NCBI GenBank assembly: GCA_021779095.1 | Contig: JAJYBI010000004.1 | Coordinates: forward strand, 47,784 to 111,783 | Direction: 5' to 3' | Source of the DNA: Deltaproteobacteria bacterium | GTDB lineage: Bacteria; Desulfobacterota; Desulfuromonadia; Geobacterales; JAJYBI01 | Length of the DNA stretch: 64,000 nucleotides | Part shown: positions 9,285 to 19,298 of the stretch, piece by piece | How positions within the stretch are numbered: position 1 is the stretch's first letter | How the letters are laid out: each line of letters begins with the position of its first letter | Notes under the pieces: generated by a model | Seen by the model: only the letters and a program-made list of their open reading frames with translations | What the model was told of the DNA's origin: nothing | Database searches by the model: none | Position numbers and translations under genes: made by a program

Positions 9285-11429
9285 TCATGTCAGGGGGGGG
9301 CAGCCGTTCTCTTCCATCCTTCTGTCCGGCAGCTCGCGGCTGACCGGAAGCACCACCGTGAACTGTGAACCTTTGCCGGGGCTGCTCGCAAGGCTGATCT
9401 CGCCGCCGTGGCGCTTGACGATGGTGTACGAGATGGCCAGGCCGAGGCCGAGCCCCTTGCCGGCATCCTTTGTCGTGAAGAACGGGTCCCATATCTGGTC
9501 GATGATGTCCGGCGCGATGCCGCACCCCGTATCGCTGACCCGGATGGATATCTCCCGGTTGTCATCTGAATGTTCCGTGCAGATCTTCACCGTACCACCC
9601 CCGTCGATCGCCTGGTGGGCGTTGATGAGCAGATTCATGAGCACCTGCCTGAGCCCCGACGGATCACCGTGGATCGACGGCAGGGTCTCCTTCAGGTCGG
9701 TGACGACCTCGATCCGCTCCTCGCTTGACTGGTGTCTCAACAGTTCGAGGATCTCCCGAATGATCTCGTTGATGTCCACGTTGTACACGAAGCCGGTCGA
9801 CTTCCTGCCGAAATTGAGGAGGCTGTCGATAATCCCCTTGCAGTGGTACGACTCACGGACGATGACGTTGAGATACTTGGGGAATACTTTCAGCCGGTCA
9901 TCCTGTGCCAGTTTTTCATCGTCGCGAAACCTGCGCAGCAGCGCTTCGGCGTAACCGGCCACCGAGGTGAGGGGGTTGTTGATCTCGTGGGCCACCCCCG
10001 TCGCCAGCACCCCGATGCTCGACATCTTGTCCGACTGGATCAGCTGCAGCTCCTGGAACCGTTTTTGCGTAACATCACGAAGGACGACGAGCGCACGGTT
10101 CTTTTCCCCCAACGCGTCTTCGATCGGTGTCGCCGTAATGTCGATGTACCGGATCTTGTGCCCGTCCCGCACCGAGACGAGGGACGTTTCCACCCGCGAG
10201 CCGCGCAGGGCGCGCTCCACGGCACAGTGCTCCGTGCCGGTTGGGGTCTCCGGGTGAAGCAGGTCCTGGCAGGTCTTTCCCGGCAGCGATTCATGGGGAA
10301 GCAGTTGGAGCGAGGTGTTGTTGTAATGCTGTACCCGTCCGTCATGGTCGAAGACGATCACCCCGTCGTTGACCGAGTCGAAGATGGCCTGCAGTTCGTT
10401 TTTCTGGCTGCGCAGTTCAACTTCGGCCTGTTTGCGTTCGGTGATGTCCTGGGTGGTGCCATACAGTCTCACCACCTTGCCCGAGGCATCCACCGACGGC
10501 TCGACCGTCGTGTAGACCCATTTGAAGGTGCCGTCCTTCAGCAGCAGGCGGTGTTCGATCTCGTAGTTCTTCCCCTCCTCCGTGGCCACGCGCAGATGCC
10601 CCATGACGGACTGGAAATCCTCCGGATGAATCACGTCGGCAAACGCCTCCTGCGATACCTCGTTGCGGCCGAGGTGCAGAATGCGCAGCATCTCGTCGGA
10701 TACGATCAGTTCGCCGGTCTGGGGGTTCGACCGCCAGGAGCCCACGTGGGTCATGGTCTGGGCTTTTGCCAGATTGTATTCGCTTTCCCGTAACGCCTCG
10801 TCGGCCTGCTTTCGCTCGGTGATGTCGATCAGGGCGACATGGCATTCGTCTCCCGTTGCGGTTGCCATCGCTTCGATGCGGACAAAGTGAGGTGGGGCAT
10901 CGTTTGAGAGCCGCAGCCGGCAGGTGTGTTTTTCGCGGTGCGCAAACACGGTGGCCAGAAACAGGGTGAACGTGGGACGGTCTTCCCGGGCAATGAACGT
11001 TTCGAAACGTTTGTGAACGAGTTCGGCCCGGTCCGTGAGGAGCATGTTGCCCCCCGTCAGATTTGCCGTGCGGACTTTTCCGCTTCTGTCGAGCGTGAAA
11101 CAACCGACCGGCGCGAAATCGTAGAGAAGGGCGTAGGCGTTCCTCGATGCAAGAAGCTCTTCATTGGAGCGCTGCACCGATTCCAGCAGTCGTTCCAGTT
11201 CGGTAAGGCGGGGACTGCTGTCCCGGCGGGAATGGGGTGGCGGTTGATCGGTATCGTCGTGACCTGTGCCGTTCGCGCCGACGGAATGTCCCGTTGCCCG
11301 GCCGTGCAGTTCGGTAGCGTTGTCAGACCTGTTCATTTGCATACTCATGGATGTGCTGCATCTGTCGTGATGTTGTGATCGTATCTGGCAGGGACTGGTA
11401 TCCACCGGACTGCCGTCATCCCGTAACAT
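9285..11429 (-). CDS. multi-PAS sensor histidine kinase
   Basis: Several PAS/PAC-like repeats are followed by the HisKA H-box GVAHEINNPLT and HATPase_c N/G boxes (LINAHQA, DTGCGI, GKGLGLGL). The start is uncertain: candidates are TTG 11504, ATG 11429 and ATG 11348. Confidence 0.85.
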   Translation of the reverse strand: MLRDDGSPVDTSPCQIRSQHHDRCSTSMSMQMNRSDNATELHGRATGHSVGANGTGHDDTDQPPPHSRRDSSPRLTELERLLESVQRSNEELLASRNAYALLYDFAPVGCFTLDRSGKVRTANLTGGNMLLTDRAELVHKRFETFIAREDRPTFTLFLATVFAHREKHTCRLRLSNDAPPHFVRIEAMATATGDECHVALIDITERKQADEALRESEYNLAKAQTMTHVGSWRSNPQTGELIVSDEMLRILHLGRNEVSQEAFADVIHPEDFQSVMGHLRVATEEGKNYEIEHRLLLKDGTFKWVYTTVEPSVDASGKVVRLYGTTQDITERKQAEVELRSQKNELQAIFDSVNDGVIVFDHDGRVQHYNNTSLQLLPHESLPGKTCQDLLHPETPTGTEHCAVERALRGSRVETSLVSVRDGHKIRYIDITATPIEDALGEKNRALVVLRDVTQKRFQELQLIQSDKMSSIGVLATGVAHEINNPLTSVAGYAEALLRRFRDDEKLAQDDRLKVFPKYLNVIVRESYHCKGIIDSLLNFGRKSTGFVYNVDINEIIREILELLRHQSSEERIEVVTDLKETLPSIHGDPSGLRQVLMNLLINAHQAIDGGGTVKICTEHSDDNREISIRVSDTGCGIAPDIIDQIWDPFFTTKDAGKGLGLGLAISYTIVKRHGGEISLASSPGKGSQFTVVLPVSRELPDRRMEENGCPPLT

Positions 11430-11585
11430 GGTTATGTCGCGGGAACTTCCGTTTGGTAGCCTTATAATGAGACGATGAGCACGAAGATTAGAAGTGTATA
11501 CCAACTGAATTTCGAATGCAATTCTGATATTTATGAATTCCGGCGGCCGAGATGTATTCGGTTCGATCGGTGTACTCGTGGGGGC

Positions 11586-12659
11586 TCAGCGATCGGTGCG
11601 TGCCCGCGTGCCGACCCGGTCGCCGGCTTTTTGGGAATTGCCCTGGAATACGATCTCGACCCGGAACGTACAGTCAAGGGTGGCGGGATATCTGCCGTTG
11701 TTGTCCCGGGGCCAGGCGATCTCGGGTTCCAGTTCGTAGAAAAGCCATGGACGCAGGAAATTGCTGCGGTATCGGACAAGAAACCGGTAGTTGTCTGCCA
11801 GCGCGGGGAAGGTCGTGTTGCCGTAAACTCCGCCTGTCAGGGTGACGGCGCTGTTTTCTCCAATCTCCTTGATCAAGGAAAGTTCCGAACCCCATTCGAG
11901 ACCGCGTATCTCTTCCGAGGCGGTGCCGGCGCTTGCCCAACGGAGGATGGTCTTCTTGTCCAGTTGCTGTTCGATGTTGATCTCAGTCGTCTCGCCAAAC
12001 AGATCCGTATTCTTGACGAAGAGCGTTTCTGCGGTCCGCATGAGCGACGTATCGCTGAAGTTATGGGTGTACTGAAACCTGCTGCGCACGAACGCCTCAA
12101 ACGGCAGGTTGAGCCGCACTCCGGCACCGAGAAACATGTTCAAGCAGGGTTTTCGGATCAGATCGTACCTGAGTTCGGTGTTGGCAAAATGGGCAGCCGG
12201 CGTGGTGCGGTCGAACCCTGGATTCCCCGGGTCCTGGGGAAGGGCCTGAGTGAAGGGGGCGGGCTCGTCTTCTCCCGCAATGACGAGACGCAACCGTTCG
12301 CTGATGCGCGACAGGACGAAGTGGGCACGGACGCTGGTGCCGTAGGCGATGCTGCCGCCATCTTCCAGACGGAAGGAATTCCGCCAGCGGAGTTCGTAAC
12401 CGGTCTGGCGCAGTCCCTCCGATCTGACATCGCCGAAGAAATTGTCCAGCCGGACGGTCTGGTCGAGTATGTCCTGCTGAATCCGCTCGTGGGCCGCGTC
12501 CATGGATTGTTCAAACGCGGCGGCGTACGTCGTTTCAGTCTTTGGTGGCGTCGCAGATACATCGCCGGCATATGCGCTGCCGGCCAGTGCTGGCAGCAGC
12601 AGGTGCGCGGTCAGGAGCAGTGTCCGGACGTCTTGTCCCGATAAGATTCCTGGGGACAT
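11586..12659 (-). CDS. putative outer-membrane beta-barrel protein (hypothetical)
   Basis: Signal peptide LLLTAHLLLPALAGSAYA, alternating beta-strand-like pattern, and aromatic-rich C-terminal strands. Divergent from mlaA. Confidence 0.6.
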   Translation of the reverse strand: MSPGILSGQDVRTLLLTAHLLLPALAGSAYAGDVSATPPKTETTYAAAFEQSMDAAHERIQQDILDQTVRLDNFFGDVRSEGLRQTGYELRWRNSFRLEDGGSIAYGTSVRAHFVLSRISERLRLVIAGEDEPAPFTQALPQDPGNPGFDRTTPAAHFANTELRYDLIRKPCLNMFLGAGVRLNLPFEAFVRSRFQYTHNFSDTSLMRTAETLFVKNTDLFGETTEINIEQQLDKKTILRWASAGTASEEIRGLEWGSELSLIKEIGENSAVTLTGGVYGNTTFPALADNYRFLVRYRSNFLRPWLFYELEPEIAWPRDNNGRYPATLDCTFRVEIVFQGNSQKAGDRVGTRARTDR

Positions 12660-12853
12660 CGTTTCCTCCGGTTACCGTTATTGAAGACTGCGTTCCGGGG
12701 TGGCTGCGCGGTAATCGGTATGCATGCGTAACAGAAACTTCGGATGGATCTGGTATAATATTCATTAAGTCTAGGGGGTCCGGTACGTATTGCAAGTGAA
12801 AATACCGGGTGTGTACTCCCTGTCGGTTTATTAATAAATTGGAATTTACGGCA

Positions 12854-12883
12854 TTGACAAGAAAGCCGATTCAAGGGTATACC
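12854..12883 (+). promoter_or_regulatory. candidate sigma-70 promoter for mlaA
   Basis: TTGACA at 12854-12859 and TATACC at 12878-12883 (18-nt spacer), in an AT-rich divergent intergenic region. Confidence 0.35.
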
Positions 12884-12923
12884 TCCAGTTTGATGTGCGA
12901 TTTGCCATGTTCAGGAGTTTCAG

Positions 12924-13961
12924 ATGATGACCAGAAGGACTGTGGTAGCGCTGTTTGTGATGATGCTGATGCCGTTGTCGGTCCAGGCAGGGGTGACGGA
13001 GACGGCAACGGTGGCCGGTACGGAGAGGGCGGCCGTATCCGTTTCCAGCACCGGTGTCCAGGGAGTCAAGGTTCAGCCGGCGGTTGCCGATGCCAACGTC
13101 GATCGGCAGAAACAGGTCGTGGCAGATACGGAAGGCGTAAAGTCTGCCCCTGTGGAGGCGGCTAAGCTTTCCCGTGTCGGACGATCCGACGATGCAGTAC
13201 CCGGTGCGACCACTTCTGCTGCGACGGATCGTACCGTGTTTGCCCAGGCGGGTGAGGGGGGGATACCGTCGACTCCCGCAGGTGAAGGGCTTAATAAGCC
13301 GGAGACCTCCCACGACGAGGCAACGGCCAACGAGTATCCGGCGGAAGAGGAGGCGCCGAAGATCTCCGATCCGTTGGAGCCGTGGAACCGTGCGATGTTC
13401 ACCTTCAACGACAAGCTGTATTTCTGGGTGCTGAAACCGGTCGCCCAAGGGTACAACTATGTGGCTCCGCAGCCGGTGCGGGTTGCGATGAGGAACCTGT
13501 TCTCCAATGCCGCCGCCCCGGTCCGGTTCGTCAACGCGCTCCTGCAGCTCAAGTTTCGCGTTGCCGGAACGGAGCTCGCCCGGTTCGGACTGAACACGAC
13601 GTTCGGCCTGGCCGGTCTGTTCGATGTGGCGGAAGACCAGTTCAATCTATACGGACAGAACGAGGACCTGGGGCAGACGCTCGGCTCGTACGGGGTCGGC
13701 TCCGGCGTCTATATCGTCTGGCCGGTCTTTGGTCCCTCGTCCCTCCGCGATACCGTTGGTCTTGTGGGGGACGGCTTCCTCAATCCCCTCAACTACATCA
13801 GTCCTACGGCTGCGATGTTCGGGGTACGTTCCTATGAGACGGTCAACAAGACGTCCCTTTCCATCGGCGAATACGAGGATCTGAAGGCGGCGGCGGTGGA
13901 TCCGTATGTTTCGGTGCGTGATGCCTATGTGCAGCACCGGAACTACCTGATCAAGGAATAG
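12924..13961 (+). CDS. mlaA: MlaA/VacJ-family lipoprotein
   Basis: Contains DPLEPWNRAMFTFNDKLYFWVLKPVAQGY..NLFSN..RFGLNTTFGLAGLFDVA..DLGQTLG..YIVWPVFGPSSLRD, the MlaA core. It has a long acidic/Ala-rich N-terminal linker. Confidence 0.9.
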   Translation: MMTRRTVVALFVMMLMPLSVQAGVTETATVAGTERAAVSVSSTGVQGVKVQPAVADANVDRQKQVVADTEGVKSAPVEAAKLSRVGRSDDAVPGATTSAATDRTVFAQAGEGGIPSTPAGEGLNKPETSHDEATANEYPAEEEAPKISDPLEPWNRAMFTFNDKLYFWVLKPVAQGYNYVAPQPVRVAMRNLFSNAAAPVRFVNALLQLKFRVAGTELARFGLNTTFGLAGLFDVAEDQFNLYGQNEDLGQTLGSYGVGSGVYIVWPVFGPSSLRDTVGLVGDGFLNPLNYISPTAAMFGVRSYETVNKTSLSIGEYEDLKAAAVDPYVSVRDAYVQHRNYLIKE

Positions 13962-13997
13962 ACCGGCCGCTCGATCGTTTCGATTGTGCTCCATTCT

Positions 13998-14031
13998 AAA
14001 GCCCCGACGGAATCCCGCCGGGGCTTTTTTG
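13998..14031 (+). terminator. intrinsic terminator after mlaA
   Basis: Stem GCCCCGACGG...CCGCCGGGGC followed by TTTTTT. Confidence 0.75.
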
Positions 14032-14096
14032 TCGACATGCATTTCGCATGACGGTCCGATCCATTATAATAATGCTGTCGGAGCCCTCACGCCGGG

Positions 14097-14975
14097 ATGC
14101 AACCGCGCTACACGACGGACAAGGAGTTGAACGAGATGACACAGAACGCATTCCATCGATTCACCGGGGCCAGCCGGTACGTGCTGGACGAGGAGCTGGC
14201 CAAGATCGTCAACGTTTCCATGGCGCTGGAGATGCCGCTCCTCCTGAAGGGGGAGCCGGGGACCGGCAAGACGATGCTGGCCCACGCCATCGCCGAGAGC
14301 CTGCAGATGCCGCTCATCGTGCTGAACGTGAAGTCGAGCATGAAGCTGGTGGAGGCGCTGTACCAGTACGACACCCTCACCCGCCTGAACGACAGCCGGT
14401 TCGGCGACTCCACCCGGGACGTGAGCAATATATCCGAGTACATCCGGATGGGGAAGATCGGTCAGGCGTTCGTGGCGGACCAGCGGACCGTCCTCCTCAT
14501 CGACGAGATCGACAAGGCGGACACCGACTTCCAGGACGACATGCTGGATGTGCTGGACCAGATGCAGTTCGACATCCTGGAGATCGACCGGACCGTAAGA
14601 GCACGGCACCGTCCGGTGGTGATCATCACCTCCAATGCCAAAAAGGACCTGTCCGACCCGTTCCTCGGCCGGTGCAACTTTCACCACATCGCCTTTCCGG
14701 ACGAGGAGATGATGCGGCACATCGTCGCCGTGCACTTCCCCGACCTGAGCGACGACATCGCGAAAGCGGGGATCAAGGCCTTCTACCGGCTGCGCGCACT
14801 GGAGGGGATCGAGAAGAAGCCCGCCACCCGCGAACTGCTGAACTGGCTCCGGGCGCTCAGGGCCGATCCCGGATTCCGGTTGGAGGCGCTGGCGGACGAG
14901 GCGCTGCCGTACCTGGGTGTCCTGTTCAAGAAGAGCGGCGACCTGGAGCGGGCCAACGTCTTGGCCAACGCCTAA
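14097..14975 (+). CDS. MoxR-family AAA+ ATPase (CoxD-like)
   Basis: Walker A is LLKGEPGTGKTML and Walker B is VLLIDEIDKA. Length is about 290 aa. It is followed at 20 nt by a VWA partner gene. Confidence 0.85.
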   Translation: MQPRYTTDKELNEMTQNAFHRFTGASRYVLDEELAKIVNVSMALEMPLLLKGEPGTGKTMLAHAIAESLQMPLIVLNVKSSMKLVEALYQYDTLTRLNDSRFGDSTRDVSNISEYIRMGKIGQAFVADQRTVLLIDEIDKADTDFQDDMLDVLDQMQFDILEIDRTVRARHRPVVIITSNAKKDLSDPFLGRCNFHHIAFPDEEMMRHIVAVHFPDLSDDIAKAGIKAFYRLRALEGIEKKPATRELLNWLRALRADPGFRLEALADEALPYLGVLFKKSGDLERANVLANA

Positions 14976-14994
14976 AGGCACGGGAGGACCGGTC

Positions 14995-16185
14995 ATGTTC
15001 GCCCCCTTCTTCTATACGCTGCGGTCCCGCGGGGTCCCCGTCACCCCCACCGCCTTCCTGCGGCTGCAAAAGGCGCTCTCCCTCGGCCTCGTGGAGTCCC
15101 TGGGCGATTTCTACACCGTGGCCCGCTCCATCCTGGTCAAGAGCGAGCGGGACTTCGATACCTACGACCGTGTCTTCGCCGAACAGTTCGAGGGGGTGGC
15201 GGCGGAAACGGGTGGGGCGGTGGAGGTGGACGACGCCATCCGTGCGCTCCTGGATGAATGGCTGAAGGAGCCCGATGAACTGGCGAAGGCGATGGGGTTG
15301 AGCACGCAGGAACTGAAAAGGATGAGCGCCGACGAACTCCTGAACTACTTCCTGGAGCGGCTCATGGACCAGAAGGGGGTCCACCGCGGCGGCCGGAAAT
15401 GGATCGGCGTCGGCGGTATTGCCCCGGTGGGGCACAGCGGGAGCCGGCCGGGGGGTATGCGGGTCGGCGGCGTCTCCCGCAACCGCTCCGCCATCGTCGT
15501 CGCCCTGGAGCGGCGCTACCGCGACTACGCCCAGGATGCGCCGCTCACCCGCGCCCAGACCGGCGAGGCGCTCAAAAGGCTGCGGCACATGCTGCCGGCA
15601 GGTCCGAAGGATCGGCTCAACGTGGAGAAGACCATCGACCAGACCATGCGCAACGCCGGCGAGATCGAGATCGTCTTCGACCGGCGGCTGGCGGACAAGC
15701 TGAAGGTGGTCCTCCTCATCGACAACGGCGGCTGGTCCATGGACCCCTACGTGGAGACGGTCCGCTCCCTGTTCCACCATGCCCAGACCCAGTTTAAGGA
15801 GCTCTCCATCTACTACTTCCACAACACGGTCCGCGACCGGGTCTGGCGCGACGCCCAGCGCCGCTCCCATCCGGAGCTGGTGGACATGCTCGTTCGCCGC
15901 GACCCCGAGACCCGGCTCATTGTCGTCGGCGACGCCTCCATGGCGCCGGAGGAGCTGTTTCAGGTGAAGAGCATCGTTCCGTTCGAGGACCGGCAGAAGA
16001 TGCCGAGCATCGACCGGCTGAAGCAGCTCGCCGCCGCCTTTCGCCATGCCGTCTGGCTCAACCCCGCCCCGGACTACCTGTGGGACAGCCGGATCTCCAT
16101 TCGCGGCATCCGCCAGGTCTTCCCCATGTTCCCACTGAACCTCACCGGCCTGGAGAGGGCGGTCGCCCACCTTACTGCCCGCTGA
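14995..16185 (+). CDS. VWA-domain protein, CoxE-like partner of MoxR ATPase
   Basis: ATG at 14995 follows GGGAGGA. The N-terminus FFYTLRSRGVPVTPTAFLRLQKAL is typical of CoxE-like proteins. The C-terminal VWA-like fold has an atypical MIDAS region, LLIDNGGWSM. Confidence 0.75.
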   Translation: MFAPFFYTLRSRGVPVTPTAFLRLQKALSLGLVESLGDFYTVARSILVKSERDFDTYDRVFAEQFEGVAAETGGAVEVDDAIRALLDEWLKEPDELAKAMGLSTQELKRMSADELLNYFLERLMDQKGVHRGGRKWIGVGGIAPVGHSGSRPGGMRVGGVSRNRSAIVVALERRYRDYAQDAPLTRAQTGEALKRLRHMLPAGPKDRLNVEKTIDQTMRNAGEIEIVFDRRLADKLKVVLLIDNGGWSMDPYVETVRSLFHHAQTQFKELSIYYFHNTVRDRVWRDAQRRSHPELVDMLVRRDPETRLIVVGDASMAPEELFQVKSIVPFEDRQKMPSIDRLKQLAAAFRHAVWLNPAPDYLWDSRISIRGIRQVFPMFPLNLTGLERAVAHLTAR

Positions 16186-16269
16186 CCCTTCCCCCCGCGC
16201 TTCCTTCTGCTATACTCCTGAGAACGCCGGTGCACTGCCGGAACCGGCACGACCGCGGAAGGAGGAATC

Positions 16270-17259
16270 ATGACGGCACCGAACCTGGCCATCGCCGGCG
16301 CAGGGATGGCCGGGGCGTATCTCTACCGGCTTCTGCGGCGCGCGGGATACCGGGCCCATCTCTATGACCGTCCTATTTCGACTCGCTGCGGACTCTCCCC
16401 CTGCGCCTGGGGGACCACCGCGGAGTTCGTCTCACTTGTTGCCGCGACCGGACTTGACCCGGAGAAATACGTTCTGCAGCGTCATGATTGTATCGTGATA
16501 GACGATCTTTGCCTGACGGCGGAGCTCATCACCTTCGACAAGCCACGGCTTATAGGTGACCTGCTGGAGGGAGCGGAGGTCCTTAATGCGCCGCTGACGG
16601 CGGACCGTTACGACCGGGTCATCGACGCCTCCGGAGTAAGCCGTGCCCTGCTGCCACCCGTGGCATGCGATCTCGTCCTCGACTGCTGCCAGTACCAGGT
16701 GGAGAGCCTGACGCCACTGGACAACCGGGTCAGGCTCGGCGGCATCGGTTATGCCTGGTGCTTTCCCCTCTCTGCGCACCGCTACCATATCGGCTGCGGC
16801 AGCCTGCTCGCCGATCCCCGCCGGATACTTGCGGAGCTCCGCTGGTTGCGGGATGTCGGGACTGATGCCGACGGCACGGTCCGCTGCGGCTGTACCGGCC
16901 GGATACGGCTCACGGGCCCGCATGCCTCACTGCCGTTCGTGACCGACGTCTGCCGGGAGGGGGTCTGGGGGGTAGGGGAGGCGATCGGCTGCGTGGCGCC
17001 GCTGGCAGGAGACGGCATCGTGCCGGGGATGCGCAGCGTGCAGCTCCTCCTGGAACACTGGGACAGCCCGGAACGGTACACGGCCGCCATTCTGAAGGAA
17101 TTTCGCTGGATGAAGGGGGAGCGCGGGGTGGTGGAGAGGCTGCAGCGCGGTGAGGGTGTCGGCCTGCGGGATGCGCGGGTGCTCCGGAAGAACTCGCAGC
17201 GGATGGGGATGCGGGTGGGGCTCGGCGCCGCACTTCACCTTTTGAGGCATGCGCGGTGA
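16270..17259 (+). CDS. NAD(P)/FAD-dependent oxidoreductase (geranylgeranyl-reductase-like fold)
   Basis: N-terminal dinucleotide-binding motif LAIAGAGMAGAYLY. GGAAGGAGG RBS upstream. Confidence 0.65.
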   Translation: MTAPNLAIAGAGMAGAYLYRLLRRAGYRAHLYDRPISTRCGLSPCAWGTTAEFVSLVAATGLDPEKYVLQRHDCIVIDDLCLTAELITFDKPRLIGDLLEGAEVLNAPLTADRYDRVIDASGVSRALLPPVACDLVLDCCQYQVESLTPLDNRVRLGGIGYAWCFPLSAHRYHIGCGSLLADPRRILAELRWLRDVGTDADGTVRCGCTGRIRLTGPHASLPFVTDVCREGVWGVGEAIGCVAPLAGDGIVPGMRSVQLLLEHWDSPERYTAAILKEFRWMKGERGVVERLQRGEGVGLRDARVLRKNSQRMGMRVGLGAALHLLRHAR

Positions 17260-17489
17260 TAGATTCAACGGCGTGCGCAGAGGTCATCCCTCTCCACACT
17301 CCCTGCGCATGTTGAACCGGGCAATAAATCCGTTCTGTGGTATTGACAAGCTTGGTTCAGATGGTAGGGTTGTGGGCACTGTGTGTCGGGCGTGTTTTCA
17401 TGAGGATAGTCCTGCACCGTATCACCGGTAAGGACCGTATGCGTGTCACACCGGCGAGAACATGTCCCGACGTGGCAGAGGAGGTGCGC

Positions 17490-17876
17490 ATGCTCAACAA
17501 GGTGGTGCTCAACTACAACGGGAAAGGGGTCCGGAAAGGTACGACGGACAACTTCTTCCCCAACAAGGATGTATTCCATGTAAAGGATCACGAAACGGGT
17601 GAGGTGTTCGAGGTGGCCTTCTCGGCGCTGAAGGCGGTGTTTTTCGTGAAGTCCTTCGAAGGCAATGCGGGGTATGCGGAACGGAGCGATATCGAGCGGA
17701 CCGGGTTGGGGCGTAAGATCCGCGTGATCTTCAAGGATGGCGAGACCCAGATCGGCTACACGCAGGGGTTTACCCCGAACCGGCCGGGTTTTTTCGTTTT
17801 TCCCGTGGATGAGACGAGCAACAACCAGCGGGTCTTCGTGATCACCGCGGCGACGAAGGAGGTTCAGTTCGTCTGA
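17490..17876 (+). CDS. conserved hypothetical protein (two tandem small beta modules)
   Basis: ATG at 17490 follows GAGGAGG. An internal duplication is visible: ..KG.T.NFFP..FHV...G.....LKAVFFVK versus ..KI.V.FKDGE...G.T.GF...RPGFFVFP. Confidence 0.6.
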   Translation: MLNKVVLNYNGKGVRKGTTDNFFPNKDVFHVKDHETGEVFEVAFSALKAVFFVKSFEGNAGYAERSDIERTGLGRKIRVIFKDGETQIGYTQGFTPNRPGFFVFPVDETSNNQRVFVITAATKEVQFV

Positions 17877-18031
17877 TCAGTGGCCGCATGAACGGTGAAC
17901 GGCCTGTCGGTTAACACGATGGTGCCGTCTGGCCGGTACCCCGCTGGTATCTCCCTGCATCTTTTTTGTTTTTTCCGGCATTTTCCCCATTGCTTCCCCG
18001 TCACGGCACGTGGTATATAATGGACGCATAA

Positions 18032-18059
18032 CCACAGGGCATAGTCCCTGTGGTTTTTT
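18032..18059 (+). terminator. intrinsic terminator-like hairpin (terminator of the 17490 gene or leader attenuator of the 18115 gene)
   Basis: CCACAGGG-CATAGT-CCCTGTGG followed by TTTTTT. Confidence 0.6.
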
Positions 18060-18114
18060 GTGTGCCAGGTTCGGGCATCGTTTCCGAAAATGTATATCCT
18101 GCGAGGTGTTTTAC

Positions 18115-19242
18115 ATGCGTGGTCGCGCCGTAATCGGCAAGCCGTTAGCACTGTTTCTGATGTCGGCCTTTTCCACTGTGGTCTTCATGTCGGGCTGCTC
18201 GACCCGTGGCTCCAACGAGTCGGCGGTGCAAAAGGCCGTATCCAGCGCGTCGTCCCGGACGACCGGGTTCATGTCGGTGTCCGCTGCACGCGCGGCAGCG
18301 TTTGCGGCCCGTTCCTCGTCGGCACGCAGTGCCGCGTTCGCAAAGTCCACATCTGCCGCCGCGAAGAAGGCTTCGAAGATCAAATATCTTGCCGGCGAAG
18401 ACCCGGAGTTTGCCACCCAGTGCGGCTGGCCGGTGAAGTTTCCGCCGCCGCTGCCGGGCTCCATCCTGCCGAAGAAGAGGATCGTCGCCTACTACGGCAA
18501 CCCCCTGTCGAAGAAGATGGGGGCATTGGGGGAGTACCCGAAGGACGAGATGCTGCGCCGGTTGAAGGCGGAGACGGCCAAATGGCAGGCGGCGGACCCG
18601 GCGGTTCCGGTGCAGCCAGCCCTCCACCTGATCGCCGTGGTTGCGCAGGGGACACCGGGCAAGGCCGGCAAATACCGGATGGTCATTCCCGACGCCATCA
18701 TCAACCAGGTTTACGGCTGGGCGAAGGAGGCGCACGCGATCTTGTTCATCGACATCCAGACGGGACACGACGACATCCGGGCGCTTTTGCCGCGGTTCGA
18801 GTGGATACTGAAGAACCCCGACGTGCACCTCGGGATGGACCCCGAGTTCAATCTGGGTGCGAGCGGGAAGGTGCCGGGAACGAAGATCGGGACCTACGAC
18901 GCCAGGGACGTGAATTTCGCATCCGCCTATCTTGCCGGTCTCGTGAAGAAGTACAGCCTCCCCCCGAAGGTGCTGATCGTCCACCGGTTCACCAAGAAGG
19001 GGGTGACGAACTGCCGGAGCATCCTCCTGCACCCCGAGGTGCAGATCGTCATGAACATGGACGGCTGGGGGGCTCCCTGGCTGAAGCGCGATACGTACAA
19101 GGCGTACATCGTCTCCGACCCGGTCCAGTTCACCGGCTTCAAGCTCTTTTACCACAACGACACGAAGAAGGGTGAAGCACTCCTGACGCCCAAAGAGGTC
19201 CTCAGGCTGAACCCCAGACCGTTGTACATCCAGTATCAATAG
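18115..19242 (+). CDS. putative lipoprotein, function unknown
   Basis: Lipobox LMSAFSTVVFMSGC follows the start MRGRAVIGKPLALF. An Ala/Ser-rich linker precedes a conserved-looking ~280-aa domain. Confidence 0.7.
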   Translation: MRGRAVIGKPLALFLMSAFSTVVFMSGCSTRGSNESAVQKAVSSASSRTTGFMSVSAARAAAFAARSSSARSAAFAKSTSAAAKKASKIKYLAGEDPEFATQCGWPVKFPPPLPGSILPKKRIVAYYGNPLSKKMGALGEYPKDEMLRRLKAETAKWQAADPAVPVQPALHLIAVVAQGTPGKAGKYRMVIPDAIINQVYGWAKEAHAILFIDIQTGHDDIRALLPRFEWILKNPDVHLGMDPEFNLGASGKVPGTKIGTYDARDVNFASAYLAGLVKKYSLPPKVLIVHRFTKKGVTNCRSILLHPEVQIVMNMDGWGAPWLKRDTYKAYIVSDPVQFTGFKLFYHNDTKKGEALLTPKEVLRLNPRPLYIQYQ

Positions 19243-19266
19243 TCGCTGACTACGGCACGGATGGAA

Positions 19267-19298
19267 AGAGCCGCTTCCTTACGGAAGCGGCTCTTTTG
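19267..19298. terminator. bidirectional terminator overlapping the 3' end of rbgA
   Basis: AGAGCCGCTTCC-TTAC-GGAAGCGGCTCT is a 12-bp perfect stem, flanked by AAA and TTTT. Confidence 0.8.
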
